Part shown: positions 46,473 through 55,808 of the stretch, piece by piece | Layout: every line of letters starts with the position of its first letter | Numbering within the stretch: position 1 is the first letter of the stretch | IMG/VR virus record: IMGVR_UViG_3300049020_000031 | Location: 1-64,000 of that record | DNA length: 64,000 nt | Direction: 5' to 3' (one strand) | Source of the DNA: a virus | Position numbers and translations under genes: made by a program | The notes under the pieces: generated by a model | What the model saw: only the letters and a program-made list of their open reading frames with translations | Told to the model about the DNA's origin: nothing | Database searches by the model: none

Positions 46473-47207
46473 ATGATTACCAGGATACGATGGAATCAAG
46501 AGGAAAATGTTTTAGTGGCAAAAAAATGGATAGAAATTTGCACCTATCAGTTTCAAAATCCTCTGAGTCCCGGAAGTCTAGTTGAGACTGCTATGGCAGC
46601 ACAAAATGTTCTTCCGGAAACAAGACGGCGACCAAGATCATCGCTACAGGGGAAACAGGGAATGTCTACCCTGTTTCGGACCATCGAACAAATTATCAAC
46701 GAACCGAAAGTTAAGCAAGAACAAGCTATTCCTATTAAGGAAGACAAGGTCGAAACTATCGATTCAATCATTAGGGATTTGAACCTGGATTCAGTAGCTG
46801 GTGAATTAGGTAAACGAATCGGAGCTGTAATAGTCCGAGAAGCCATGGCTGCTTTGACCACTGAATTCAATACACGACTACCAGAGTTACAAAAGAAAGC
46901 AACCATGATATCAAGGAAGCTGCCTAAAGTGCTAGTCATTGGGCCTTTGAACGGACAACAGGAAATCTTGGAAAAAGCTGTTGACGGCATGCTGGATCTC
47001 AGATTTGTGTCCAGTGCCGAGGGGGCTCAACTAATCGACCTTAGGGGAAAGCATTGTGATGCGTGTTTCCTATGGACCGATTATATGAATCATTCACATC
47101 AGAGCGTGGCAAAGAGAACATTCACCAGCGAGCAAATAACATTCATCAACGGTGGTGTTGACAAGTTAAAGAACCATCTTGAAGAATTTGCGATATCAGT
47201 CATGTAG
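46473..47207 (+). CDS. hypothetical protein (DUF2325-like C-terminus)
   Basis: KVLVIG...WTDYMNHS..INGG; start uncertain. Confidence 0.65.
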   Translation: MITRIRWNQEENVLVAKKWIEICTYQFQNPLSPGSLVETAMAAQNVLPETRRRPRSSLQGKQGMSTLFRTIEQIINEPKVKQEQAIPIKEDKVETIDSIIRDLNLDSVAGELGKRIGAVIVREAMAALTTEFNTRLPELQKKATMISRKLPKVLVIGPLNGQQEILEKAVDGMLDLRFVSSAEGAQLIDLRGKHCDACFLWTDYMNHSHQSVAKRTFTSEQITFINGGVDKLKNHLEEFAISVM

Positions 47208-47294
47208 ATAAACCAGGTTGGTGGCTCAGTTTACTCTGAGCCACCTTTCGAGTTGCCAATATAGCATAAATATTCCAAATCTTTGGAATATGGC

Positions 47295-48446
47295 ATGTCT
47301 TATTATCTCGATGACGCAATTGTTTTTCACAACACCCTAAACCCCAAGCTGTGGGATAGAAATGGAGCAATGCATTCCAATATTTTGCAGGGTTTGCGGA
47401 ATATGGCGGCTGAATTCCAGGACTTCTTGGGTCTAGAAGAATTGGATGTTCTGGATATAACCATATCTGGGTCAAACGCGGCATACACGTACACACCACA
47501 TTCTGACATCGATCTGCACTTGGTTGTGAAAGTTCCAGAGGATGCCAAAACTCTGTACAAGGAGTTGTTCGATGCCAAGAAGAACCTCTACAACTTGGTG
47601 CATGATCAGAAGATCAAAGGATTTGACGTAGAATTCTACGTGCAGAATGACAGCGATCCTGTCCAATCAATGGGTATTTTCTCAGTGATGCGCAATCGTT
47701 GGATCAGTGTGCCAAAGAAAATAAAAGCCACGATTGACGATCAAAGTGTGAAGAGTAAGGTAGCCGATTTCAAGAGTAGAATCCAAGAAGCCTTGAACTC
47801 AGATGATTACTTGATGGCTCAGAAAGCATGGGACGACTTTAAGAACATGCGACGTAGTGGATTGGAACGTGGTGGTGAGTTCTCTCCTGAAAATCTGGCT
47901 TTCAAGATCTTGCGAACACAGGGTTACCAGGACTCACTATATGATCACATCAAGAGTTTGAAAGACAGAGAACTAAGTGTTGAAAGCCTGCAGGAAACAC
48001 CTACCACTCCCTCAATTTCATATCAAGAACTTGATGGTTCCACGTTCTATTATCAGTACATTGGTGGTGATGATACTGCCAGAAAGAGACTGAAGTACCT
48101 GAGCCAGGGATATGATCTTCAACATGAAACCAATCTGATTGCTCTTCAGGGCGATAAGGTCATTGGTGCCGTGGGCCTTCAGAAATCACCATACGAGGAA
48201 AATGTTCTATGGATGCTTTTCGTATCAGTAGATCCAGAATTCCAAGGCAAGGGCGTGGCTAAGAATTTGGTTCAAATGATCTTTGAATACGCGAAGAAGA
48301 ACGATCTCCGTCTTAGAATCAGTTCATACTCAGATATGGGTGAGAAATATTTGAAGAAAGTATTCGATCACTACCAGGAAGTCTATAGTGATGTGCAGGT
48401 CAAGGACTCCACCGACCATCACCAATTCGATCAAGATATCAAATAA
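47295..48446 (+). CDS. Pol-beta superfamily nucleotidyltransferase fused to GNAT acetyltransferase
   Basis: ISGSNAAYTYTPHSDIDLH...VEFY; C-terminal VSVDPEFQGKGVA acetyl-CoA motif; TAAATA at 47267. Confidence 0.85.
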   Translation: MSYYLDDAIVFHNTLNPKLWDRNGAMHSNILQGLRNMAAEFQDFLGLEELDVLDITISGSNAAYTYTPHSDIDLHLVVKVPEDAKTLYKELFDAKKNLYNLVHDQKIKGFDVEFYVQNDSDPVQSMGIFSVMRNRWISVPKKIKATIDDQSVKSKVADFKSRIQEALNSDDYLMAQKAWDDFKNMRRSGLERGGEFSPENLAFKILRTQGYQDSLYDHIKSLKDRELSVESLQETPTTPSISYQELDGSTFYYQYIGGDDTARKRLKYLSQGYDLQHETNLIALQGDKVIGAVGLQKSPYEENVLWMLFVSVDPEFQGKGVAKNLVQMIFEYAKKNDLRLRISSYSDMGEKYLKKVFDHYQEVYSDVQVKDSTDHHQFDQDIK

Positions 48447-48450
48447 TCGC

Positions 48451-48478
48451 TTGACTCATTTACCAAATGAACTATAAT
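48451..48478 (+). promoter_or_regulatory. sigma70-like promoter with CCAAATGAA motif
   Basis: TTGACT-catttaCCAAATGAAc-TATAAT. Confidence 0.8.
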
Positions 48479-48511
48479 CATCCTTAACGCAAACAAACGA
48501 GGATGATGAAA

Positions 48512-48747
48512 ATGGACTTCAGCAAGTACGAAAACAAGGTTCCCTATCCCAGCCGCGATGAAGCGTACACGACGAAGAACGTCGAATCATGGACCAGTTC
48601 TACACCGATGTCAAGGACGATCTGGGCATCACCAATAACCCCAAGGCCGACAAGCTCATGAGCAAGGCTTGGGAACGAGGTCACAGCAGTGGTTACCAGG
48701 AAGTCTACAACTGCGCTTGTGACCTCGTGGAACTGATTGAAGACTAA
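48512..48747 (+). pseudogene. frameshifted small phage gene
   Basis: MDFSKYENKVPYPSRDEAY in one frame, DEERRIMDQF...AWERGHSSGYQEV...IED* in another; span 236 nt. Confidence 0.65.
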
Positions 48748-49298
48748 CCCTGGGTGGTCAATGGGTCGTTCATAACCAACGTCCCATTCTTTCGTTTCAT
48801 GATGTTGTCTGGGTGAAGATCAAAATTACACCCTCCCTTGGAGCTCTTGATTAATTCAAGGGCTTCAGCTATTTCTGGTTCTTCCACATCCAACATGTTG
48901 GCGAGCTTCGTGATCTGGCCTGGTGAATACTTGCCCAGATAGACATCCCGCGGTGTTTTCCAGTTGGCGTTCACAACCAACCATGCCGCGATCTTTTGAT
49001 ACAACGGCGACTTGAAGAAGTTCTCTGGAACATCATAGAGTCGTTCTATCTTAGCCAGATAATGGTTACCCATGATTTCAATGTCTTCAATTTGCGGAAG
49101 ATGTTTGTTGCCAGAACCTTTGGCATTCTTGGCAAAAGCCAACCAACAGTCCTTGGTTGGTCCAATCTTTATCACAGTAGCACCGTCACTGAGTACTAAG
49201 GCAGACGCACCACGAGCTACAATCTTGAAACCCTTGGCAGCATAGTCTCTAGCTGCCTGTCTTATTGGTGATATCTGTTCAAATTCATAAAGCCGCAT
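48744..49298 (-). CDS. protein kinase-like fold protein (T7 gp0.7-like pattern)
   Basis: ARGASALV, VIKIG, HLPQI, DLHPDNIM, VMNDP. Confidence 0.75.
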   Translation of the reverse strand: MRLYEFEQISPIRQAARDYAAKGFKIVARGASALVLSDGATVIKIGPTKDCWLAFAKNAKGSGNKHLPQIEDIEIMGNHYLAKIERLYDVPENFFKSPLYQKIAAWLVVNANWKTPRDVYLGKYSPGQITKLANMLDVEEPEIAEALELIKSSKGGCNFDLHPDNIMKRKNGTLVMNDPLTTQG

Positions 49299-49345
49299 GG
49301 CAAAATACTCCACAAAGTGGAGTATTTATGAGTTAGAGTTGAAAC

Positions 49346-49678
49346 TTAGAAGCCGAACAAGATCGAGAATTCACCACTTACTGTGATCTGCTTGATTGGA
49401 CGGCCCATCAGTTCTTCCAACTTGGTGAGATCACCAGGGGTGAAGGAATGGATATCTGGCATCAGGACTTCAATTTCCCGTTCACTCCAGTAGAAGTTGT
49501 ATGAGTGTTGTTCACCACGGAACACGTCAATCCCGTTCATTGCTTGTTTGAGCTTGATACCAAACGCACGCTCTTTTGCGACTTGTTGATCCAGTAGGCG
49601 CTCATCTTCTGGCCGGTCGTCAACTGGTGCTTCGTTCAGTCCCGCGAGTTCACGAATTCTATTCATATTGATTGGCAT
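49346..49678 (-). CDS. putative internal virion protein
   Basis: MPINMNRIRELAGLNEA; RBS AAGGAG; TAAATA at 49696-49701. Confidence 0.72.
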   Translation of the reverse strand: MPINMNRIRELAGLNEAPVDDRPEDERLLDQQVAKERAFGIKLKQAMNGIDVFRGEQHSYNFYWSEREIEVLMPDIHSFTPGDLTKLEELMGRPIKQITVSGEFSILFGF

Positions 49679-49706
49679 ATCATGCTCCTTTGGAATATTT
49701 ATGCAA

Positions 49707-49949
49707 TCAAACCAACTTACTAAGAAGGTACCAGGAAACGGCCATCCAGGTAAGCAAACTAACTCCCAGACCAAAATTGGTGAACTTGCCTCGATGCTCA
49801 CGCGGAACTTTCCTCTCGAAACGCATGATGAAAAGAAATACAACTAGGGCGATGCACGCACCCAAAATAATGGGAAAGAATTCTCCACTGGAAAGACCCT
49901 GCCAGATAGCAGCTTCCAGCGGGCTGCGATACACAATAATTTCCTGCAT
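49707..49949 (-). CDS. two-TM membrane protein
   Basis: MQEIIVYRSPLEAAIW plus two hydrophobic segments. Confidence 0.7.
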   Translation of the reverse strand: MQEIIVYRSPLEAAIWQGLSSGEFFPIILGACIALVVFLFIMRFERKVPREHRGKFTNFGLGVSLLTWMAVSWYLLSKLV

Positions 49950-50143
49950 CAGGCACCTTTCGTGAGTTCCAAGCCGATCAGAAAAGACAGGGCTTGGTTA
50001 GCTCGAACACTGGTTTCCACCGCACTCCAGAGATTTACCGCGTCATCAGAAACGGTCACATCTGGACGGCCAACCAGATGAGCAATACCACCGGTGCCAC
50101 CGATAGCAAGCAATTTGAGAAGTTTTTCAAGAGTGATGTGCAT
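49949..50143 (-). CDS. hypothetical protein
   Basis: 64 aa; RBS AAGGA. Confidence 0.6.
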   Translation of the reverse strand: MHITLEKLLKLLAIGGTGGIAHLVGRPDVTVSDDAVNLWSAVETSVRANQALSFLIGLELTKGA

Positions 50144-50153
50144 GATTTTTCCT

Positions 50154-50495
50154 TCAGACGGTTACTTTGATTTCCAGGGTCTTCTTCAGAGGAACTGCTC
50201 GGGCCACATTCAGATTGTGATCCCAGGCATCCACCATTTCAATAACGATGGTGTGCTCTCCAGTCCGACCTTCGCGTTCGATGACTTGACGAACACAGGC
50301 TTGTACCAACTTCTTCAGGCTTTTCACCTTGAAGTGATCAACTCGCCCGATGCGCACTCCATCGGGCAGGATAGTGCTGCATTCACGTGTCTTCCAGAAC
50401 TCAGTCAGACCTGTCATCGTCTCCCAGGAATTGGTGAGATCGTTGAAAGTTTGGAAAGAGTTGATCGTTGCGTCAGAAAACTTTTGAACTTGCAT
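50154..50495 (-). CDS. hypothetical protein
   Basis: RBS GAGGA; motif promoter at 50524-50551. Confidence 0.72.
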   Translation of the reverse strand: MQVQKFSDATINSFQTFNDLTNSWETMTGLTEFWKTRECSTILPDGVRIGRVDHFKVKSLKKLVQACVRQVIEREGRTGEHTIVIEMVDAWDHNLNVARAVPLKKTLEIKVTV

Positions 50496-50558
50496 TTGGT
50501 TATCCTCTAAAGTTGATAACTCAATTATAGTTCATTTGGTGAGCCAGTCAAGTGAATT

Positions 50559-50726
50559 TCACTTATTTTGTTCCAGTGCTGCCTTGATTCGCTCAGCCAG
50601 AAGTTCTCGATTCTTAGAACGAGTCGTGACGTATCCTGCACGAATGCAATCATCCGCGTAATCGTCGGCCGTGCGAACCAAATAGTCGATGATTTGGTCC
50701 TGAGTCATATCGGAAAAGTCTTCCAT
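50559..50726 (-). CDS. hypothetical protein
   Basis: 55 aa; RBS GAGG. Confidence 0.6.
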   Translation of the reverse strand: MEDFSDMTQDQIIDYLVRTADDYADDCIRAGYVTTRSKNRELLAERIKAALEQNK

Positions 50727-50774
50727 GATTGTTCCCTCAATGAATGAGACCCCGAAGGGTCTCATGTTTGCTAA

Positions 50775-51302
50775 TTACCAGCCCTTGCCGTTGGTGCGGC
50801 TTACTTCCAGACCGTCAACACGGATAGTCTGGATGCTGTCGCACTTGAATGTACGGATGATCACCTTGTTTTCCAGACCACCTTGCGATTCTTCCTTGAC
50901 AGCAGCTGGTTCCAGACCTTCGATTTCAGCAGCATCAACTTCCTTGCCGTCCAGCAGGAATACGGTTTCCTTGGGAGCCTTCAGGAAGATCACTTCCAGA
51001 TACGTTTCGCCCTTGTGCTCGATGAACGGAGTTCCGGTAATACGGGTACCCCAAGCACGTTCACCAAGGGTAAAGGAAGCTGGATCCTTACCTTCAGCCT
51101 TCAGACGACGCTCAACCATGTTTTCGTAAGCGTTGCTATTCTTGTTTTGGAACACCATAACACTTGCACCCTTGCTGATCTTGGTCACTCGACCTTGATG
51201 TGGGTTCTTCTTGCCACCCTTCAGGACTGGCACAGTTTCCGTGTCGATGGAGATGAACGATGCGCCGTTGACGTCAGCCAGGAGTTTTTGCAGCTTGTTC
51301 AT
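50775..51302 (-). CDS. conserved hypothetical phage protein
   Basis: GGKKNPHQGRVTK...YENMVERRL...RAWG; RBS AAGGA; biased codons. Confidence 0.82.
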   Translation of the reverse strand: MNKLQKLLADVNGASFISIDTETVPVLKGGKKNPHQGRVTKISKGASVMVFQNKNSNAYENMVERRLKAEGKDPASFTLGERAWGTRITGTPFIEHKGETYLEVIFLKAPKETVFLLDGKEVDAAEIEGLEPAAVKEESQGGLENKVIIRTFKCDSIQTIRVDGLEVSRTNGKGW

Positions 51303-51321
51303 TTTGTTTCCTTCAGTTGTT

Positions 51322-51364
51322 TGTTGCGATGTATGTATTATAGTTCATTTGGCTAAAATGTCAA
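51322..51364 (-). promoter_or_regulatory. sigma70-like promoter with CCAAATGAA motif
   Basis: minus strand TTGACA-ttttagCCAAATGAAc-TATAAT. Confidence 0.85.
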
Positions 51365-51766
51365 CTGTTCCTTGGATTCATCTTGTGACGGATAGCGGGC
51401 ATATCCAAGGTTGCATTCATCCCAAGTCAACTTGGACAACGCGATGTCTTGATTTCGTTTGAAGAGGATCGAACACCCATCCGACCAACCAAGATAAACG
51501 AGCATCTGAATATCGTTCAGAAACACCCACTCTAGGTATTCCTCCCCAGGCATGAGAAGATTATGAATCTCACTCAGTGTTAATGTGATGCCGTATTCTT
51601 TCAACCTCTTGTGAAATTTCGGATTGTTGGGGATGGGTTGGCACAGGTTAGGTCTCATGAAACATCCCCAACTCCCTGGATAACTTTGCGGATCGCCTTT
51701 GGTAAACAGGATATCCGGATCGTCTATTACCATCTGGGTGTAGGGCCCAATTACAGTCATGTCCAA
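51353..51766 (-). CDS. hypothetical protein (FKL-tail-like)
   Basis: FKRNQDIALSKLTW. Confidence 0.6.
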   Translation of the reverse strand: MDMTVIGPYTQMVIDDPDILFTKGDPQSYPGSWGCFMRPNLCQPIPNNPKFHKRLKEYGITLTLSEIHNLLMPGEEYLEWVFLNDIQMLVYLGWSDGCSILFKRNQDIALSKLTWDECNLGYARYPSQDESKEQLTF

Positions 51767-51978
51767 GTTCTCGCGATGTCGACCAATCGATCTTCTTCCC
51801 CTAGGTAGAACTTACCATAGAAGTGAGGTTCTCCACCATATTGAGGAACTTCGTAGAGTTCGTAACCATCAGATATTCGATGAACTTCTCCACCGCCTTC
51901 TTCTGACCAGAAAACAGTCGTGGTTTCACCAAACAACAAATCCTTGACTGCTTGGATATCTTGATCTCGAGTTCTCAC
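51757..51978 (-). CDS. hypothetical protein
   Basis: LYEVPQYGGE...WT. Confidence 0.68.
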   Translation of the reverse strand: MRTRDQDIQAVKDLLFGETTTVFWSEEGGGEVHRISDGYELYEVPQYGGEPHFYGKFYLGEEDRLVDIARTWT

Positions 51979-51986
51979 GGTAGTCC

Positions 51987-52373
51987 TTAGATTACGATAA
52001 ATTTCTTGCGGTTCTTGATTTGTTTGTGCATTTCAAGAAGTTGCAAGTGAGATTCAACGGCCTTCTTATAGGCCAGATAGAGATCACCACCCAATTCATT
52101 CTTTTCAGAATCACTGAGTTGGTTCCAGTGGTGATGGAAGTTCACCACATAGTCATTGGTGTTCTCCAGATGCTTCTCATAGTCTACCAAGTTTTCGTCA
52201 GTAACTTCTTGGAGAACCCCGTTGACCATTGCGAGATTCTTCACCACTGGTTTGGCTGTGGACGGGATGATGGTAAACACGCCATCGATTTCTCGAGCCA
52301 TGTTGACGCCTGGATTCTCTTCATGGAGCTCCATGATAGAATGGGCATATTGTTGACCTTGAATGAATGGCAT
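51987..52373 (-). CDS. hypothetical protein
   Basis: 128 aa; motif promoter at 52401-52428. Confidence 0.68.
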   Translation of the reverse strand: MPFIQGQQYAHSIMELHEENPGVNMAREIDGVFTIIPSTAKPVVKNLAMVNGVLQEVTDENLVDYEKHLENTNDYVVNFHHHWNQLSDSEKNELGGDLYLAYKKAVESHLQLLEMHKQIKNRKKFIVI

Positions 52374-52424
52374 GTGGTATCCGTTATCGTTGTTGATGCC
52401 AGTCTAGTTCATTTGACGATAAAG

Positions 52425-52973
52425 TCAAGGTCTCCAGTTCATCTTGGCAACTTTTCTAAAATCTGGTTGGTCTTTTATCGCAACCAAGAAGTCTGCGAGG
52501 TTCAAAAGCTCGTCATCATCCAAATCACCCAACCATTCCGTGATGGGGATATAGTTGTTGATGATGTTCTGGTAGTTCTGCTGGTAGTCATCCACTGCCA
52601 TGATTCTTGACATTGGATATTTGGCACCATATTGTGATGCCTCGATAAGTCTGCCCTCTTTGATTCTTCTCACGGATGAGCTGAATGCATACGGCGTACT
52701 ATCTACAGTTTCGGTCGTGTGGGAACGGTCCCACAGGAAGACCAATTTAGACCTGAGGTCCAGGTCGATCTCACGCTTAATCGTTGCCAAACCCTCTTCT
52801 GCCCAATCCAGGGTAGCTGCCGTCCATACCGCAAGATCGTACCATGGGCTGACCGTATCAATGAAATGCCGAAGATGAGGACGAAGATAGAATACGTTGG
52901 AATAATTGTCATCAGAGACAATGCCATACCACAACGTTTCGTCCAGATCCAAAATCAGAAGAGGCTTGTTCAT
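52425..52973 (-). CDS. HAD phosphatase, NIF/FCP1-like
   Basis: LILDLDETL, LRPHL, VWTAA, AVDD, DDDELL. Confidence 0.87.
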   Translation of the reverse strand: MNKPLLILDLDETLWYGIVSDDNYSNVFYLRPHLRHFIDTVSPWYDLAVWTAATLDWAEEGLATIKREIDLDLRSKLVFLWDRSHTTETVDSTPYAFSSSVRRIKEGRLIEASQYGAKYPMSRIMAVDDYQQNYQNIINNYIPITEWLGDLDDDELLNLADFLVAIKDQPDFRKVAKMNWRP

Positions 52974-53279
52974 TTAAGGTTCAACAGCGATGCATTTTCC
53001 ATAGATTGAATTTAAACCTGTCCAGCCGTTTGTCCCACCTCGATTGTTACCAATGAGAAAACGGTTATCTTGCTTGGCTTGAATCAAATGCAAATATTGA
53101 TTACCACGAACCTTGCAAAGGACGATGTCACCTGGTTCCAGTGTAACGTCTTCTGTGATTGGTACGACGGTGCAGAGATCGCCAGATTCTACCCGTCCTT
53201 TCATGGAACTTCCACGTGGTCGAAACTTTACTGTCTGACCAGCCAGTAGATCCCTGATGTAGTAAGTAGCCCAACTCAT
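52974..53279 (-). CDS. peptidase S24/S26-like domain protein
   Basis: RGSSM, GDIVLCKV, YLHLI, NNRG. Confidence 0.65.
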   Translation of the reverse strand: MSWATYYIRDLLAGQTVKFRPRGSSMKGRVESGDLCTVVPITEDVTLEPGDIVLCKVRGNQYLHLIQAKQDNRFLIGNNRGGTNGWTGLNSIYGKCIAVEP

Positions 53280-54109
53280 GGGTTTGCTTCCTCGAGTGCC
53301 ATTACCAACTTCTGAAGGTCTGCGGCGTAGAAACCAGAACTATTGATGGTGTTGACCTCTACGATCTTCCAACCCTCTGAGGTTTCACAAACATCTAGAC
53401 AGAATGCATCGTGGGGGACCCATACATCTTTGATGATTGACCATGCGAAATTTCTAGCCCTATCACCCAACAACCCATCCATGTTTTCATAGACGACGCG
53501 ATTGCCTCGTTTGTACAAAGACATGGTGATCAATTCGCGACTAACAACCCAGCAACGGTATTCCGTGTAAATTTCCTTGGGCTTGGCGATTTGAATCAAG
53601 GTTTCTGGTGTCAAACTGTTGCCGTAGTCAAGACCAAGAACACAAACGTTCGTTTGCCATTCCTTGAATTCGCCAGCATCAATCAACTTACCAGCAAAAT
53701 ATTTGGAGTCGTTCGTGGGGCGAATAAATCTCTCACCGCCACTCCATTGTGCATCTCGAAATGACATCACAACAGAGTCAGCATTCAGCATCAGGTTTCC
53801 CCAATGTTTGAAGCAGTTGTCAAAGTCGCCAACCTCCATGAGGTCATAGACGCCAGGAGTCCAATCATATTTCTTAGCGGAATGGCGCATGGAATATGAA
53901 CCCATACATATCACCGGACCAGCCAACTCCTTGAACATTGGGTTCTCGTAGTTCTCCACGTCATCAATCACTTCACCAACTGGCAGAAGATTTCCGATAA
54001 ACGGGACTACCTTGTGTTCGCTGTGAGGGATATCAAAACGGCGCAAGACTGCAAGCAAATTTTCAAATGCCTGCTCCTTGAAAATATTGTTCTGTAGAAT
54101 CCAGTGCAT
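53276..54109 (-). CDS. ATP-grasp domain protein (DUF4343-like)
   Basis: FIRP..DSKYFAG, EYRCWVV, LDV, KIVEVNTINSSGFY. Confidence 0.82.
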   Translation of the reverse strand: MHWILQNNIFKEQAFENLLAVLRRFDIPHSEHKVVPFIGNLLPVGEVIDDVENYENPMFKELAGPVICMGSYSMRHSAKKYDWTPGVYDLMEVGDFDNCFKHWGNLMLNADSVVMSFRDAQWSGGERFIRPTNDSKYFAGKLIDAGEFKEWQTNVCVLGLDYGNSLTPETLIQIAKPKEIYTEYRCWVVSRELITMSLYKRGNRVVYENMDGLLGDRARNFAWSIIKDVWVPHDAFCLDVCETSEGWKIVEVNTINSSGFYAADLQKLVMALEEANP

Positions 54110-54110
54110 A

Positions 54111-54335
54111 TCAGTACCAAGCCACGCAGCGCACGTCACCAGGCTTCACCGTATCCTGATATACAACTTGAGTGGAGCCATCAGTGTACTTAATGATGGC
54201 ATTTCGATATTCAACAGACAATATCGAAACAACCGTCTTCTCTAGAGCACACTTTTTGGCCGGCATCGTCCCGACGACAAAAAATACCATAAGGGACAAT
54301 AACAATGGTACACCAAGAGCAATCCACAATCTCAT
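54111..54335 (-). CDS. small membrane-anchored protein
   Basis: N-terminal TM segment. Confidence 0.62.
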   Translation of the reverse strand: MRLWIALGVPLLLSLMVFFVVGTMPAKKCALEKTVVSILSVEYRNAIIKYTDGSTQVVYQDTVKPGDVRCVAWY

Positions 54336-54682
54336 TGGAAAATTTCCTTCCTAATATCGGGCCACAGTTCATCAGCTTGTTTCAGATATTCCTCGTAGAC
54401 CAATCCGTGAACTGCGGCAGTCATAGTCTCAAAGGACAGTTTGTAGACAGGCAAATTATCAACAGTCACTTGGGTTTTTGTGAGCTTGATCATTTGCAGA
54501 TCATCAAGTTGTGAACCCAAGATCATTTGATCAATGCCCAAATCTGGGAAGCGGGAATCGTCATCCCATTCAAATACCTTGCCAGAATGGCTTACTTGAC
54601 CATTGACAATTGGCAACAACGCATATGCGAACTTTCGATCCACTGGATTAATCCGGATGACGGCTACATTGATGACTTGCAT
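54332..54682 (-). CDS. hypothetical protein
   Basis: 116 aa; RBS GAGG. Confidence 0.68.
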   Translation of the reverse strand: MQVINVAVIRINPVDRKFAYALLPIVNGQVSHSGKVFEWDDDSRFPDLGIDQMILGSQLDDLQMIKLTKTQVTVDNLPVYKLSFETMTAAVHGLVYEEYLKQADELWPDIRKEIFQ

Positions 54683-54712
54683 TTTATTCCTCTTTTATTC
54701 TTGATATGGAAA

Positions 54713-55747
54713 TCAGACGTCGCTGACCTTCAATTTATTTACCGTCATGGGGCCGCGCTGCCAATGATGGGCTGATGGTTGAACGTGATCTTTTCTCACA
54801 AACTTGGCAACACTTCCGCGAAATTGAGAATAAGCAAATTCATCAGCCAATCGAACCACATAACCTTCACAAGTTTTGGAACTCTTGGTTTTCCACAGTG
54901 CTCTGATTGCCTTTTCATCCCAGATACCATCGTACCACACGGGCACTTGTTCAATATCAAGAAGTTGGAAGAATTGAACAGTGGTATCCCAATCCAAGCA
55001 AACGTTCCGTTCATTCCAAATGCTGTAGCCCATAACGTATGAATTCAGGGAATCATACTCAATGGAATGTTTGGCGTACAGGTTTTCCAAACAGATTCGC
55101 CAATATTCCGGAATATCACCACATCGTTTCGCCCACTCGGCCTTCATCCAGTTTCTGGAGGGGTGATTCTTGCTGTCAACGCTTCGGGCATGGCAATAGT
55201 CCTGATACCATGTGGTATTTTCACCATCCATCTTCTCGGTGACTATGACTCTTCGACCTTCGAACTGACTCACGGATTCAATCATACGATCATCCGATGT
55301 CATGTTTTCCGACCATGGGAGATGGTAAGTTCTTGGATATTTGACGTGATGGGTGAAGTCTTTCAGGAATCCACCAGAATTCAGAATCTTCTGAACCGAC
55401 TCATCAAAGAACAGATCACCCTTGAGCCTTTGACCATTTGGCATGACTGGGTTTCCCCACTTGTCATATTCTTGGTCTGGGTATAGGTGTGGGGGAATTG
55501 GAAACTTGGTGATGCCACAGGCGTCACGAACTTGACTCAACGAAATCGTGGTCTGTTCACAGAGGATGTGATGTTCTTCACAAACTGATGCACCGTTCTC
55601 CAGATAGTAACCACCGTCTGGCCACAGTTTTCGTTCCATTATGTGATGGGCATCCTTTGCGTCTTTGTCACAGAAGACGCATTTGTGATTGTCGCGAGAG
55701 AAAACACCTTCTCTGAAGTCGTCGCGTGATAAGAGTTTGAATGCCAT
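54713..55747 (-). CDS. HNH-like domain fused to ATP-dependent RNA ligase
   Basis: N-terminal RDNHKCVFC..AHH..NGASVCEEHH; ligase KYPRT, TEKMDGEN, EGYVVR, AKFVR. Confidence 0.87.
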   Translation of the reverse strand: MAFKLLSRDDFREGVFSRDNHKCVFCDKDAKDAHHIMERKLWPDGGYYLENGASVCEEHHILCEQTTISLSQVRDACGITKFPIPPHLYPDQEYDKWGNPVMPNGQRLKGDLFFDESVQKILNSGGFLKDFTHHVKYPRTYHLPWSENMTSDDRMIESVSQFEGRRVIVTEKMDGENTTWYQDYCHARSVDSKNHPSRNWMKAEWAKRCGDIPEYWRICLENLYAKHSIEYDSLNSYVMGYSIWNERNVCLDWDTTVQFFQLLDIEQVPVWYDGIWDEKAIRALWKTKSSKTCEGYVVRLADEFAYSQFRGSVAKFVRKDHVQPSAHHWQRGPMTVNKLKVSDV

Positions 55748-55808
55748 AATATCGCGAGTATACGCTATATGGCATATTACTCAAGTGACTTTTCTCTCCC
55801 AGATACCG

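Noticed and set aside
54713-55747. HNH as a mobile homing endonuclease or intein
   Set aside because: It is a short N-terminal domain in frame with the ligase, with no intron or intein boundaries visible.
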